From NCBI GenBank assembly GCA_031423255.1, contig JANPFD010000022.1:6704-70703 (forward strand): DNA of 64,000 bases, read 5' to 3'. The notes beneath the pieces were generated by a model that saw only the letters and a list, made by a program, of their open reading frames with translations, was not told where the DNA came from and did no database searches. The stretch comes from Myxococcales bacterium (GTDB taxonomy: Bacteria; Myxococcota_A; Polyangia; Fen-1088). The translations under genes were made by a program, and so were the position numbers. Of the stretch, positions 30,008 through 39,957 are shown piece after piece (position 1 is the stretch's first letter; every line of letters begins with the position of its first letter).

Positions 30008-31315
30008 ATGACGGACGAGCTGCCCACCGCGGTCGGCCCGCGGCTGGAGACCGCCGACGAGCCCGCCTCCTTCGTTCTGGTGGTCGTGGAAGGTCCCGAG
30101 GCGGGACGCACCTTCGACCTCGCCCCGCGTGCGTTCGTCGGCAAGAGCGAATCGTGCGACATCCGCCTTGGCGATCCGGAGATCTCGCGGCGCCACATCG
30201 TGCTCGACTCGACCGACGGGCGGCTTCGACTGACCGACCTCGGGTCGACGAACGGCACCGTCGTCGGCGGCGTGGCGGTCCTGGACGCTTACCTCGGCGA
30301 GGGACAGGAGGTGCGCATCGGGTCGACGCGCTTCCGTGTCGATCGACGCAGTGGCGGCGAGCCGCAGCGTCCGCCTGCACCGGGGTTCGGCAAGCTGATC
30401 GGCGGCAGTCCGGCGATGCAGAGGATCTACCCGGTCTGCGAGCGGCTGGCAGCGCACAACGTGCTGGTGTTGATCGAGGGTGAGACCGGCACTGGCAAGG
30501 AGGTGCTGGCCGAGGCGCTCCACGAGCAGGGCCCGAGGGCCGCCGGCCCTTTCGTCGTGTTCGACTGCACGGCGGTGCCGCCGAACCTCGTCGAGAGCGA
30601 GCTGTTCGGCCACGAGCGCGGCTCCTTCACCGGCGCGATGAGCTTGCGCAAAGGGCTGTTCGAGCAAGCGCATGGCGGTACGCTGCTCATCGACGAGATC
30701 GGGGATCTGGATCCGGCGCTCCAGCCGAAGCTGCTGCGGGCCATCGAGCGCGGCGAAGTGAGGCGCCTGGGCGGCGCGCAGCCCATCAAGGTCGACGTGC
30801 GGATCCTCGCGGCCACGCGGCGCGATCTGGACCGCGAGGTGCAGGCTGGGCGTTTCCGCGATGATCTGTTTCACCGCCTGGCCGTCGCGCGTATCGAGCT
30901 GCCGCCGCTGCGCCGCCGCAAGGGAGACGTCGACAAGCTGGCGCAGCACTTCTTCGCGCAGCTGGGTGGAGCCGGCAGCGTGTCGACGGCGCTTCTGGCC
31001 CGCTGGCGCGACTACCCGTGGCCGGGGAATGTGCGCGAGCTGAGGAACGCGGTGGCCCGGCAGATCGTGCTCGGCGATCTGGCCGACCAGCCCGTCGAGG
31101 CCGACCTTCCGGCGAAGGCGAGCGATGTCGTCGATCAGGTGCTCGCGATGCGGTTGCCCCTGACGCTCGCGCGGCAGAAGGTGATCGCGGACTTCGAGCG
31201 ACGCTACGTCGAGCGCGTGCTGGAAGAGCACGGCGGCAACGTGGTACGGGCCGCCCAGGCCTCCGGGATCGCGCGGCGCTACCTGCAGAAGCTGAAAGCC
31301 CGGCAGGGCAAGTAA
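30008..31315 (+). CDS. Sigma-54-dependent transcriptional activator with N-terminal FHA domain (FHA-AAA+-Fis HTH)
   Basis: FHA signature (...GRTFDL...IGKSESCDIRL...ISRRHIVLD...LGSTNGTVV). Walker A GETGTGKE, GSFTGA, FRDDLFHRL. C-terminal HTH. Confidence 0.85.
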   Translation: MTDELPTAVGPRLETADEPASFVLVVVEGPEAGRTFDLAPRAFVGKSESCDIRLGDPEISRRHIVLDSTDGRLRLTDLGSTNGTVVGGVAVLDAYLGEGQEVRIGSTRFRVDRRSGGEPQRPPAPGFGKLIGGSPAMQRIYPVCERLAAHNVLVLIEGETGTGKEVLAEALHEQGPRAAGPFVVFDCTAVPPNLVESELFGHERGSFTGAMSLRKGLFEQAHGGTLLIDEIGDLDPALQPKLLRAIERGEVRRLGGAQPIKVDVRILAATRRDLDREVQAGRFRDDLFHRLAVARIELPPLRRRKGDVDKLAQHFFAQLGGAGSVSTALLARWRDYPWPGNVRELRNAVARQIVLGDLADQPVEADLPAKASDVVDQVLAMRLPLTLARQKVIADFERRYVERVLEEHGGNVVRAAQASGIARRYLQKLKARQGK

Positions 31316-32167
31316 CTACCCGCGCGGCTTGCGCGCCGAGAACCGCCCGCCGAACATGCTCACGGGGAAGGCCCGTCCCGCGAAGTAGGTGTCGATCGCC
31401 TCCTTCACTTGCAGGAACGTCTCCTGCATCTCGGAGCCGCTGCCGACCAGATCCTTCCAGCGGGCCAGGGGACCGAACTCGATCACCGGTGCGTAGAAAA
31501 ACTCGCGGCCGCTCCGGAACACCAGCTCCCAGCCCTGCAGTTCGGCATCGACGGGTTTCCAGCCGGCGCCCTCCATGTGCAGCGCCACGGTCTCCGGCGC
31601 CGGCGGCTCGTTCGCCCGGTAGACGTCCAGCTTTGCCAGCGCTTCCTTGCGCCCGTGGCGCACCAGCACCTCTCGCAGCAGATCGAGCGGCTTGGACCAC
31701 GTGCCGCGCAGGAGCGTGGCGATCACCACCTGCGCGCCGCGCTTGGCGACGCGAAAGTAATCCGCCAGCACGGCAGCCGGATCTGGCAGCTCGCCGAACG
31801 GGAGGTTGGCGATGATGAGATCGAAGGTCTCTTCCGCGAAAGGAAGCTTGGCGCCGAGCCCGTGCGCCCGGAAGAAGACCCGACGGCCGACGTGCTCCTG
31901 ATCGTGGACGCGCACCCGCGCCAGGTCGAGCAACGCCTGCGAGGGATCGGTGGCGACGATGCGGCTGTCCCCGTCCACCCGGTGCGCGAGCTCGGCCGTC
32001 AAAGCGCCGGTGGCGCAGCCGACCTCCAGCACCATCGCCCGCGCTGGCACCGTGGCGGTACGCAGCAGCATCTCCGCGAGGCGCTGGCCCACGAGCGGGT
32101 AGACCTCGTCATCGAAGACGCGGACCAGGCGGGAGGGTGACGGCGTCGAGGGCAACGCAGGCGCCAT
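31316..32167 (-). CDS. Class I SAM-dependent methyltransferase
   Basis: VLEVGCATGALTAELA motif I and acidic motif II DLIIAN. Confidence 0.7.
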   Translation of the reverse strand: MAPALPSTPSPSRLVRVFDDEVYPLVGQRLAEMLLRTATVPARAMVLEVGCATGALTAELAHRVDGDSRIVATDPSQALLDLARVRVHDQEHVGRRVFFRAHGLGAKLPFAEETFDLIIANLPFGELPDPAAVLADYFRVAKRGAQVVIATLLRGTWSKPLDLLREVLVRHGRKEALAKLDVYRANEPPAPETVALHMEGAGWKPVDAELQGWELVFRSGREFFYAPVIEFGPLARWKDLVGSGSEMQETFLQVKEAIDTYFAGRAFPVSMFGGRFSARKPRG

Positions 32168-32188
32168 AGTACGCTAGGATGCCGAGCG

Positions 32189-32509
32189 ATGCCGCTGCCG
32201 ATCCAGCGCCTCGACATCCGGCGCTTCGACGCCGAAAAGATGCAGAAGGTGAGCCTGTTCGGCACGGCGCGCTTCTTCTGCGACGTCTATTGCCTCGAGC
32301 CCGGTCAGGCGCAGAAGCCGCACCGGCACGAGGAGGCGGACAAGATCTACGCCGTGCTCGAAGGACAGGTGCTGGCGCGGGTCGGGGCCGACAGCGCCAC
32401 CCTGCACGAGGGGGACGCGGTGCTGGCCCCTGCGGGTCTGGAGCATGGTGTAGAGAATCCGGGGCCGGGGCGCGCGGCGCTGCTGGTGTTCATGACACCG
32501 CGGCCGTAA
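32189..32509 (+). CDS. Cupin-domain protein
   Basis: HRHEEADKIYAVLEG...GDAVLAPAGLEHGVEN matches cupin motifs 1 and 2. Confidence 0.7.
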   Translation: MPLPIQRLDIRRFDAEKMQKVSLFGTARFFCDVYCLEPGQAQKPHRHEEADKIYAVLEGQVLARVGADSATLHEGDAVLAPAGLEHGVENPGPGRAALLVFMTPRP

Positions 32510-32525
32510 TATCCCGGATTCGTCG

Positions 32526-33053
32526 ATGGTCGAGGTGACCCAGCCCGGGCGAGGGCCGAGTCAGGGAAGGCGGATTGCCCTGGTGTTGCTGGGGACGGCC
32601 GCGCTCGTCGTGCTGTCCTGGGGCTCGGTGGCCCTTGGCACCCCGACGGTGATCACCCCCCACAGCGCCGTCATCTCGGTGCCCTACCAGATCGCGGGGC
32701 CCGTGGTCGCCTTCTCGATCATCCCGGCCGTGTTCTTCCTGTGGAATCTGGGCGCGATGCGCGGGCGCCGGCGGTTGCCTCGGCGATCGATGGCGCTGTT
32801 CACGGTCGTCGCCGTGTCCAGCTTGACGCTGCTGCTGATGGACTGGCAGCGGGGGGCGCAGGAGCAGGGGATGCTGCACATGATGGGCATCCTCGCCGAG
32901 AACGCTTTCTTCATCGGCTTTCTCGTGCTGCGAGCGAGCCGCTCCCGGCGGGAGCGTTCGTTCCAGAACACTTACGTTTTCCATCTGGCGCTGTTCGCGT
33001 GGATCGCCTGGTGCGCCTTCCCACACATCGGCAGCGCTCCACTCGCGAACTAG
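32526..33053 (+). CDS. Hypothetical integral membrane protein (4 predicted TM helices)
   Basis: Alternating hydrophobic segments. Stop overlaps the next gene. Confidence 0.45.
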   Translation: MVEVTQPGRGPSQGRRIALVLLGTAALVVLSWGSVALGTPTVITPHSAVISVPYQIAGPVVAFSIIPAVFFLWNLGAMRGRRRLPRRSMALFTVVAVSSLTLLLMDWQRGAQEQGMLHMMGILAENAFFIGFLVLRASRSRRERSFQNTYVFHLALFAWIAWCAFPHIGSAPLAN

Positions 33054-33808
33054 TCGCGGCCGCCGGCGACGGCGACCTTTGCCGGTACGCCGCCGATGGT
33101 CTCGGCGAGGCGGCCGGTGTCCCACGGCTTGTGTAAAGCCTTGTGCGCGCGACCCGATCGCAACGCCAGGTCCAATCGGAACGGACGCAGCTCGTCGGCC
33201 ATCACCACCCGCTGGATGTTCGGATGGTGGGCGCCGAGGAACTCCAGCACGTCGAGTCCCTGACTGGGACCGGGCGAAAGGTCCACCACCACGGTGGCGA
33301 TGCGCGCATCGGGCCGATCGAGCCACGCCAGCGCCTCGAGCGGCGTGGCCACTCCGACGGCCTGGTGGCCCAGCGCGCGCAGGTCCCGCTCGAGCGCCTC
33401 GCGGCAAGAGGCGTCGTGGTCGACGACCAGGATCGTCGCCGAGCGCCGCGTGTTCTCACGCTCGAGCGCGTTCATGATGGCTTCGTGGATGCTGTCCTCG
33501 TCCTCGGCGGACAGGTCGATGAACGAGATCGCGGTGCGGGCGCTCTTCCGGTGATGATCGTCGTTGCGGACGGTGCGCGCTTGGAGGCTGAACGGCGTCT
33601 TGCCGGGAAACTGGAGGAGCACGGTCACCCGCTCGCCACCGGGCGCGGCCATGTCGCCGACCAGGCAGGCGCCACCGGCGGACAGGTCTCGCACCAGATA
33701 CGTCCCGTGGAGGCGGTCTTCCGAGAAGACCACCGCGGTGGCCACCACTTCGCTGCGCGGATACCGGCGACGATCCAGTATGCGCGAGGGGTCGTTCGGG
33801 TTCGTCAC
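33050..33808 (-). CDS. PilZ-domain / receiver-domain response regulator (PixA-like architecture)
   Basis: N-terminal PilZ c-di-GMP motifs RRRYPR ... DLSAGGACL. C-terminal REC domain (ILVVDHDAS...VVVDLSPG...HKP). Confidence 0.7.
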   Translation of the reverse strand: MTNPNDPSRILDRRRYPRSEVVATAVVFSEDRLHGTYLVRDLSAGGACLVGDMAAPGGERVTVLLQFPGKTPFSLQARTVRNDDHHRKSARTAISFIDLSAEDEDSIHEAIMNALERENTRRSATILVVDHDASCREALERDLRALGHQAVGVATPLEALAWLDRPDARIATVVVDLSPGPSQGLDVLEFLGAHHPNIQRVVMADELRPFRLDLALRSGRAHKALHKPWDTGRLAETIGGVPAKVAVAGGRD

Positions 33809-33816
33809 GGTCTGAC

Positions 33817-35046
33817 ATGGTGTTCATCGGCGTTACCGCGGACGCTCTTGAGCGCGGTAGGCTGGGGACCGTGAGCCAGCGCAAGCTGCCCGCCACCGTC
33901 TATGCGCTGGGGGCGACCAGCTTGCTCAATGACGCGGCAAGCGAGATGATCTACCCGCTGCTCCCCGTGTTCCTGTCGGCGACGCTGGGGGCGGGCGCCG
34001 CGACGCTGGGGATCATCGAGGGCACGGCCGACGCACTGTCGAGCGTGCTGAAGCTGGCGTCGGGTTACCTGTCGGACAGGGTGGGGCGGCGCAAGCCGCT
34101 GGTGGTGGCTGGCTACGTGATCGCCTCGGCGGCGCGGCCGCTGGTGGCTTTCGCGCGCACCGGCTGGTTCGTGCTGGGCATCCGGATGGTCGACCGACTC
34201 GGCAAGGGGCTGCGATCGGCGCCGCGGGACGCGCTGATCGCCGACGCGGCGCCGCCCGAGTTGCACGGCCGCGCCTTCGGGGTACACGAGGCGATGGACC
34301 ATGCGGGGGCGGTCATCGGCCCGCTGATGGCGTACGCGCTGCTGGCGGGCGGACTGCAGATGCGGTCGGTGTTCCTGCTGGCCGTGATACCTGGGGTCGC
34401 GGCCTGTCTCGTGGCGGCGCTGGTGGTGCGCGAGGCGCCCCGACCGGTGGCGAAGCGCGTGGAGGAGGCGCCCCGGGTCGCCGGGGGTGCGCAGAATACC
34501 CCGCTGCTGTCCCGGCCCTTCCGCGGGTATCTGGCCGCCGTCGTGCTGTTCTCGCTCGGCAACTCGTCGGACGCATTCTTGCTGCTGCGGGCGCACGATG
34601 CGGGGCTGCCGATCACCGCGGCGCCTCTGCTCTGGGCGCTTCACCATGTGGTGAAGAGCGCCATCGGCGCCTGGGGTGGGGCGCTGGCGGATAGCGTCGG
34701 TCGACGCCGGGCGCTGGCGCTCGGGTGGCTGGTGTACGCGGCGATCTACGCAGGGTTCGCCTTCGTCACCGGCCTCGTCGGCATCGCCGGCCTGTTCGTG
34801 GCCTACGGGCTGCACTTCGCGCTGGTCGGAGGCGCGCAGAAGGCGCTGGTTGCCGAGATTGTCCCCGCCCACGCCCGCGCCCGTGGGTTCGGCGCCTATC
34901 ATCTGTGCGTCGGCCTGGCGGCGCTGCCGGCCAGCGTGCTGTTCGGCGTGCTCTACCAGCGGCTGGGGGCGCCGACCGCATTTCTCACCGGTGCGGCGCT
35001 GGCATTGGCGGCCGTGGCAGCGTTGCCCCTCTCGCGGACGCGATGA
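33817..35046 (+). CDS. MFS transporter
   Basis: 12-TM profile. MFS loop motif DRVGRRKPLV between TM2 and TM3. Confidence 0.8.
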   Translation: MVFIGVTADALERGRLGTVSQRKLPATVYALGATSLLNDAASEMIYPLLPVFLSATLGAGAATLGIIEGTADALSSVLKLASGYLSDRVGRRKPLVVAGYVIASAARPLVAFARTGWFVLGIRMVDRLGKGLRSAPRDALIADAAPPELHGRAFGVHEAMDHAGAVIGPLMAYALLAGGLQMRSVFLLAVIPGVAACLVAALVVREAPRPVAKRVEEAPRVAGGAQNTPLLSRPFRGYLAAVVLFSLGNSSDAFLLLRAHDAGLPITAAPLLWALHHVVKSAIGAWGGALADSVGRRRALALGWLVYAAIYAGFAFVTGLVGIAGLFVAYGLHFALVGGAQKALVAEIVPAHARARGFGAYHLCVGLAALPASVLFGVLYQRLGAPTAFLTGAALALAAVAALPLSRTR

Positions 35047-35630
35047 CCATGCGACGACTCCTTTACCTGGCGCGCCACGGGGAGACCGAATGGAACCGCC
35101 TCGGCCGGTGGCAGGGGCAGACGGACATCGTGCTGTCCGACGTGGGACGAGCGCAGGCGCGCGTGATGGCCGAGCGTCTGCGCGGCGTGGGGTTGTCGCG
35201 GATCGCGGCCAGCCATCTGGCGCGGGCGCGCGAGACGGCCGAGATCGCTGCCGGGGTGCTGGGGCTGGGTCCAGTGGAGCTGGATCCGGATCTGTGCGAG
35301 CGCGCCTTCGGCTGCTTCGAGGGGCTCACGCGCGAGGAATGCGCGGTGCGATTCCCCGAAGCCTGGGCCCGGTACCACGCCGACGCCCGCATCTGCCCGC
35401 CGGGCGGCGAGGCGCAGGAGGCCGTGGTCGCCCGCATGCGCGCGGCGGTCGGCCGCGCCGCGGCCACGCTGGGTGACGGCGAGGCGACCCTGCTGGTGAC
35501 TCACGGCGGGGCGATGCGCGCCTTCATCGCGTCGGTGACCGGCACGGCGCCCCCGCCGGTGGAGAACGGTGCCGTCTTCCGCGTGGTCGCGCTCGCTGAC
35601 GGCTACGGCGAGATCGAGCGGATGGTCTAG
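35043..35630 (+). CDS. Histidine phosphatase (phosphoglycerate mutase superfamily) protein
   Basis: LARHGETEWN...HGG. ATG overlaps the MFS stop (ATGA). Confidence 0.8.
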   Translation: MTMRRLLYLARHGETEWNRLGRWQGQTDIVLSDVGRAQARVMAERLRGVGLSRIAASHLARARETAEIAAGVLGLGPVELDPDLCERAFGCFEGLTREECAVRFPEAWARYHADARICPPGGEAQEAVVARMRAAVGRAAATLGDGEATLLVTHGGAMRAFIASVTGTAPPPVENGAVFRVVALADGYGEIERMV

Positions 35631-36364
35631 GTCGGCTCGTCCACCGGGCGCACGAACAGGCGGCGCACCGCGGGCGGCACCTGGATCCACAGTTCGACGC
35701 GCGCCCCGGTCAACGCCAGGCGCGTGTGCCCGATGGTGAGGCTGTCGGACGGTTCCTCGAAGGGGACTCCGTGGTGCTCGGCGAGCTGTCGGGCCAGCGA
35801 GCGGAACAGGCGGTGGGCATGATCGGCGTTCAGGCCGTCCACCTGACGCAGCAGGCGGCCGTCCTCGCCCTCGGGCAGCTTGGGCGGCACGCCGAGCAGC
35901 AGCAGTTCGAGCAGCCCGACCCGCCCCGGATCTCCCGCGGCCGGCGGCGTTCCGAGCGCGCGCGGGGCCGGCACGGGACGCAGATCGTACTGTGGTTCGA
36001 TGCCCGCGCTTCGCAGCCAGGACAGCGCCTCCTCCAGGAGCGCGGCGCGGTTCCGCGCCTGCCAGCGGACGCGCAGGTCGGGGTAGGCGGCGACGGCCCA
36101 GCGAAACAGGAAGAAGGCATCCTGGTGGTCCAGCGCCAGCGACAGGCGCGCGCGCGCCTCTGCGTCACCGACGGACGCCGTGAAGGACTGCATCAGCAGG
36201 CGGCCGGCGGCCAGATCGCGCTGCGGCACCTCCAGCTGGCGGTCTTCGTCATCCGGCGACAGGTTGATGCGGCCGCTCTCCAGGTCCAGATCGAAGCGGG
36301 CGCCCGGATGGTGAGTATCCATGGCGTCCAGCAGGCCGTCCATGTCCACGTAGGCCGTGCGCAT
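35627..36364 (-). CDS. Hypothetical protein
   Basis: Long ORF with genome-typical codon bias. No recognisable motifs. Confidence 0.4.
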   Translation of the reverse strand: MRTAYVDMDGLLDAMDTHHPGARFDLDLESGRINLSPDDEDRQLEVPQRDLAAGRLLMQSFTASVGDAEARARLSLALDHQDAFFLFRWAVAAYPDLRVRWQARNRAALLEEALSWLRSAGIEPQYDLRPVPAPRALGTPPAAGDPGRVGLLELLLLGVPPKLPEGEDGRLLRQVDGLNADHAHRLFRSLARQLAEHHGVPFEEPSDSLTIGHTRLALTGARVELWIQVPPAVRRLFVRPVDEPT

Positions 36365-36422
36365 GGGCCCATCATAAGGGCCACCGGCACCACGGCGATC
36401 GCTCGGTTATATTAGCGACGGT

Positions 36423-37364
36423 TTGACGATGGAGCCCGCGCCCACACCGTTGGTCGTCCTGACCGGGTTCCTCGGGGCGGGGAAGACCACGTTGCTCAAC
36501 CGGGTGCTCGGCAGCCAGCAGCGGTGGCGGCTGGCCGTCATCGTCAACGAGCTGGGTCGCATCGACATAGACGGCAAACTGCTGCGCGCGCGCGCCGGCG
36601 ACATGGTCGAGTTGACGGGCGGCTGCGTCTGCCACGAGGTGCGCACCATGGAGGAGCTGTGGAGCGGCCTCGACGAGGTGCTGGCGCGTTCGCGGCCCGA
36701 GCGGATCGTGCTCGAGACGACGGGAATCGCCGAGCCGCAGGCGATCCTCGAGGGTCTGGCGGCGCGCCCCGGACGCGTGGTGGTGACGGGCGTGGTGACC
36801 GTGGTCGACGCCGACGCCGGGGTCGACCAGCTCGAACGCCATCCGGAGGCGCGGGCGCAGGTCGAGGTCGCCGATGCGATCCTGCTGACGAAGATGGATC
36901 TGGCGCGGCCCGCGGCCGTGGCGGCGCTGCACCGGGCGCTGGACGCCTTGAACGCGAACGCCCCGCGTGCCGCTTTTCCACCGACGCCCGAGGCGACGGC
37001 CGAGCTCGTCCCGTGGCTGCTGGATCGAGCGGCGACCATGCGACCCGCCCGCGGCAGCCGCCCTCACGCGCACGGCCAGCTCGTGGCTGCTTCGTTCGTG
37101 GATGACGTTCCCCTGCTGGCCGAGCCGCTGGTCGCGCTGTGCGACCGGATGGGGTCGGCGCTGGTGCGGGTCAAAGGGTTCGTCCACCTGGCGGGCGAGG
37201 AGCGGCGCGGGTTCCTGGAGCGCGCCGGGAACCAGACCGGCCTGCGCCTCGGCGATCCCTGGCCGCCCGGCGCGCGTCGCAGCGAGCTGGTGTTCATCGG
37301 CGAGGGGCTCGACCCGGGCGATCTCCGGCGCGCGATCTGGGCCTGCCGTGCGAGGCAGCCGTGA
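36423..37364 (+). CDS. CobW/HypB/UreG-family (COG0523) metallochaperone GTPase
   Basis: Walker A GFLGAGKTTLLN and metal-binding GCVCHE (CxCC-like) motif. C-terminal CobW_C-like region. Confidence 0.8.
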   Translation: MTMEPAPTPLVVLTGFLGAGKTTLLNRVLGSQQRWRLAVIVNELGRIDIDGKLLRARAGDMVELTGGCVCHEVRTMEELWSGLDEVLARSRPERIVLETTGIAEPQAILEGLAARPGRVVVTGVVTVVDADAGVDQLERHPEARAQVEVADAILLTKMDLARPAAVAALHRALDALNANAPRAAFPPTPEATAELVPWLLDRAATMRPARGSRPHAHGQLVAASFVDDVPLLAEPLVALCDRMGSALVRVKGFVHLAGEERRGFLERAGNQTGLRLGDPWPPGARRSELVFIGEGLDPGDLRRAIWACRARQP

Positions 37365-38224
37365 CTGCCATCATCCGGATCTCGCCCGACGGCCAGCAGG
37401 CCGAGGCCTGGGCGTTCGTGCTCGAGGCGGTGGGCGTACCTCACCAGGTGATGTCGATGACCAACGGATGGGCGGTGCTGGTCGATCCGGCCGACGCTGC
37501 GCGTGCCTCGGCCGCGCTCGAGGCCCACGATCGCGAGGCTGCCGAGCCGGCGAGCGACCATCCCCCGCCGGATCACGGCGCCTCGCCCGTGGCGCTTCTG
37601 GTGCCCGCCGCGCTGGTCGCCTTCTTCTTCATCACCGGGCCGCGCGGGCCCGGCCCATGGTTTTCCGCCGGCAGCGCCGTGGCCGATCGCATCGTCGCCG
37701 GCGACCTGGCCCGGGCCGTCACCGCCCTGACCCTGCACGCGGATCTGGCGCACGTCGCGGGGAACGCGCTGTCGCTCGCCATCTTCCTCTCGGCACTCTG
37801 CCGCTGGCTCGGCGCCGGGCTGGCCATGTCGCTGGTGCTTGCCTCCGGCATCGTCGGCAACCTGGTCACCGCGTTCGTCCACGGCGCCCATCACGACTCG
37901 GTCGGCGCCTCGACGGCTGCGTTCGGCGCCATCGGCATCCTGGGCGGGCTGCAGTTCGTACGGCGCTTCCGTGTCACGACCCGCGTCGATCGCCGTCGGC
38001 GCGCGCTGACTGCCATTGCCGCCTGTCTGGGGTTGTTCGCCATGCTGGGCGTGGGCGAGCGCAGCGACGTGCTGGCGCATCTGTTCGGCCTCGGCGCTGG
38101 TCTCGTGCTGGGGCTGGTGGCCGGGCTGGTCGTGCGGCGGCCTCTGACGGCGTGGGCGCAGGTGGCTCTGGGGCTGGGGGCCGCGGGCACCGTCGCCGGC
38201 GCGTGGATCCTGGCGCTGGGTTAG
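37364..38224 (+). CDS. Rhomboid-family intramembrane serine protease
   Basis: GASTAAFGAIG (GxSG) and downstream AHLFGLGAGL (catalytic His). GTG start overlaps the CobW stop. Confidence 0.7.
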   Translation, partial: TAIIRISPDGQQAEAWAFVLEAVGVPHQVMSMTNGWAVLVDPADAARASAALEAHDREAAEPASDHPPPDHGASPVALLVPAALVAFFFITGPRGPGPWFSAGSAVADRIVAGDLARAVTALTLHADLAHVAGNALSLAIFLSALCRWLGAGLAMSLVLASGIVGNLVTAFVHGAHHDSVGASTAAFGAIGILGGLQFVRRFRVTTRVDRRRRALTAIAACLGLFAMLGVGERSDVLAHLFGLGAGLVLGLVAGLVVRRPLTAWAQVALGLGAAGTVAGAWILALG

Positions 38225-38269
38225 CTGCGCCTTTACGCACCCCTCGCCCCCGTTGTAAACCACGGGATC

Positions 38270-38809
38270 ATGCGCGTGCGTCTCCTGGCTTTGTCTGGTC
38301 TGGCCTTCGTTCTTGTCGTCGGTTGCCGGGACGACGGACTCGGCAAGAAGTGTGGGTTCACACGGGACTGCCTTGCGGGCCTGGTGTGTGACCTTTCCGG
38401 GGCGACCGACGGCAGCTTCGGGGTGTGCAAGAAGCCACGGGACGTCACGCCCTTCGACGCCGGCCTGGATCGTCGGACGGTGCCGCAGAAGCCGGATGCG
38501 GCGCCGGATGTGGCCTCCGATGGCGACGAGACCGACTCGGGCGGCACGCCGGCGGACGCCATGCCCGACCGCGCTCCCGACCGCGCCGCCGACATGACTC
38601 CGGCCGACGGGTTTGCTCCCGACATGGAGAGCCCCGAGGACGCAGCGGCCGATTCGTCGGCGCAGCCTGATTCCGCCCCGCCGGCCGACGCCGCCCAGGA
38701 CAGGGCCGTCGATGCGGTGACCTCGCCCGACGTCTCTGCCGACGGCATTCCTCCCGACGCGACTGCCGGCTCGACCGACACGGGGGCCTTCGAGGCCAGC
38801 GTCGACTGA
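38270..38809 (+). CDS. Acidic low-complexity lipoprotein with small N-terminal 4-Cys module
   Basis: LAFVLVVGC lipobox. CGFTRDCLAGLVCDLSG...GVC, then a D/P/A-rich disordered tail. Confidence 0.5.
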   Translation: MRVRLLALSGLAFVLVVGCRDDGLGKKCGFTRDCLAGLVCDLSGATDGSFGVCKKPRDVTPFDAGLDRRTVPQKPDAAPDVASDGDETDSGGTPADAMPDRAPDRAADMTPADGFAPDMESPEDAAADSSAQPDSAPPADAAQDRAVDAVTSPDVSADGIPPDATAGSTDTGAFEASVD

Positions 38810-38865
38810 GCGATTCACCTCCAGAGCCCGCGCGTCCGCTGCTTTCGCGCGGCTTCGTCGCCCTG

Positions 38866-39957
38866 ATGGCGATGCAGCTGGCGTACGGCTTCTCGTTCTC
38901 GGTCTTCCTCCTGTTGCCGAAGTTCATGGCGGTGGCGCTGCACGCCGGGCCGCTGGCGATCGGCGTGGTGTCGGCGATGCTGGGCGTCGGCTGCGTTGCC
39001 GCCGTGCCGCTGCTCGGCACCCACCTCGAGCGACGGGGCGTGCGGGCGCCGATTCTGATCGGCAACCTGATGCTGGCGGTGGGCGCGCTGGGGTTCGCCT
39101 TCGTCGACTCGGTCGGGCCGCTGGCGGCGTTGCTGCGCGGCCTGCACGGCATGTCCTGGACGCTGGTGTTCAACGCGGGGATGACCCTGACGACGATGAT
39201 CGCCCCGCCCGGCAGGATGGCGCAGGCGATTGGCATCTACGGCAGCACGAACCTGATCTCGAACGCGTTGGCGCCCGCCGTGGCGGAACCGCTGATGAAC
39301 GTCGTCGGGTACCGCCCGGTGTTCGCGGGCGCCGCCGCCGTGGCCCTGGTCGCCTGGTGGCTCGGCCTGCGCCTGCAGGTGCCGCCGCGCGAGCCCGGCC
39401 CGCGCCAGCCGGTGTCTCTGGTGGGGCTGCTGCGCCGGCCGCATGTGCGCGCGCTGACCATCGTGGTGGCGCTCTCGGGGGTGGCCCTGGGAGTGATGTT
39501 CACCTTCCATCAACCGTTCGCGCTGCAGCTGGGCATGACCCACGTGAGCGGTTTCTTCATCGGCTACACGGCGGGGGCGCTGCTCGTCCGCATCGGAGGC
39601 GGCCGGCTGGTGGACCGGATCGGGCACCGCCGCGCGATGGTCTGGTCGCTGGTCCTGTATGGCGCGGTCACCGCTGCCATGAGTCTGCTGACGCCGGGCC
39701 GCCTGGCGCCGCTCGGATTCCTGTTCGGGCTCGCGCACGGGACATTTTTCCCGGCCAGCCTCGCGCTGGCCGTCAGCGGGACCGAGCCGGTGGCGCGCGG
39801 CCACGTGCTGGCCCTGCTGAACGGCGCCCTGATGGGCGGGATGATGCTGGTGCCGGCCGTGGGAGCTGCTGCGGGCGCCGTGGGCTACCCGGCGATCTTC
39901 CTGGTCAGCGGGGCGGTCGTTTTGTCGGCGCTGTTGTTCATCCCGCGCGGCCGGTGA
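38866..39957 (+). CDS. MFS transporter
   Basis: 12 hydrophobic helices. The antisense ORFs across it are rejected. Confidence 0.75.
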   Translation: MAMQLAYGFSFSVFLLLPKFMAVALHAGPLAIGVVSAMLGVGCVAAVPLLGTHLERRGVRAPILIGNLMLAVGALGFAFVDSVGPLAALLRGLHGMSWTLVFNAGMTLTTMIAPPGRMAQAIGIYGSTNLISNALAPAVAEPLMNVVGYRPVFAGAAAVALVAWWLGLRLQVPPREPGPRQPVSLVGLLRRPHVRALTIVVALSGVALGVMFTFHQPFALQLGMTHVSGFFIGYTAGALLVRIGGGRLVDRIGHRRAMVWSLVLYGAVTAAMSLLTPGRLAPLGFLFGLAHGTFFPASLALAVSGTEPVARGHVLALLNGALMGGMMLVPAVGAAAGAVGYPAIFLVSGAVVLSALLFIPRGR

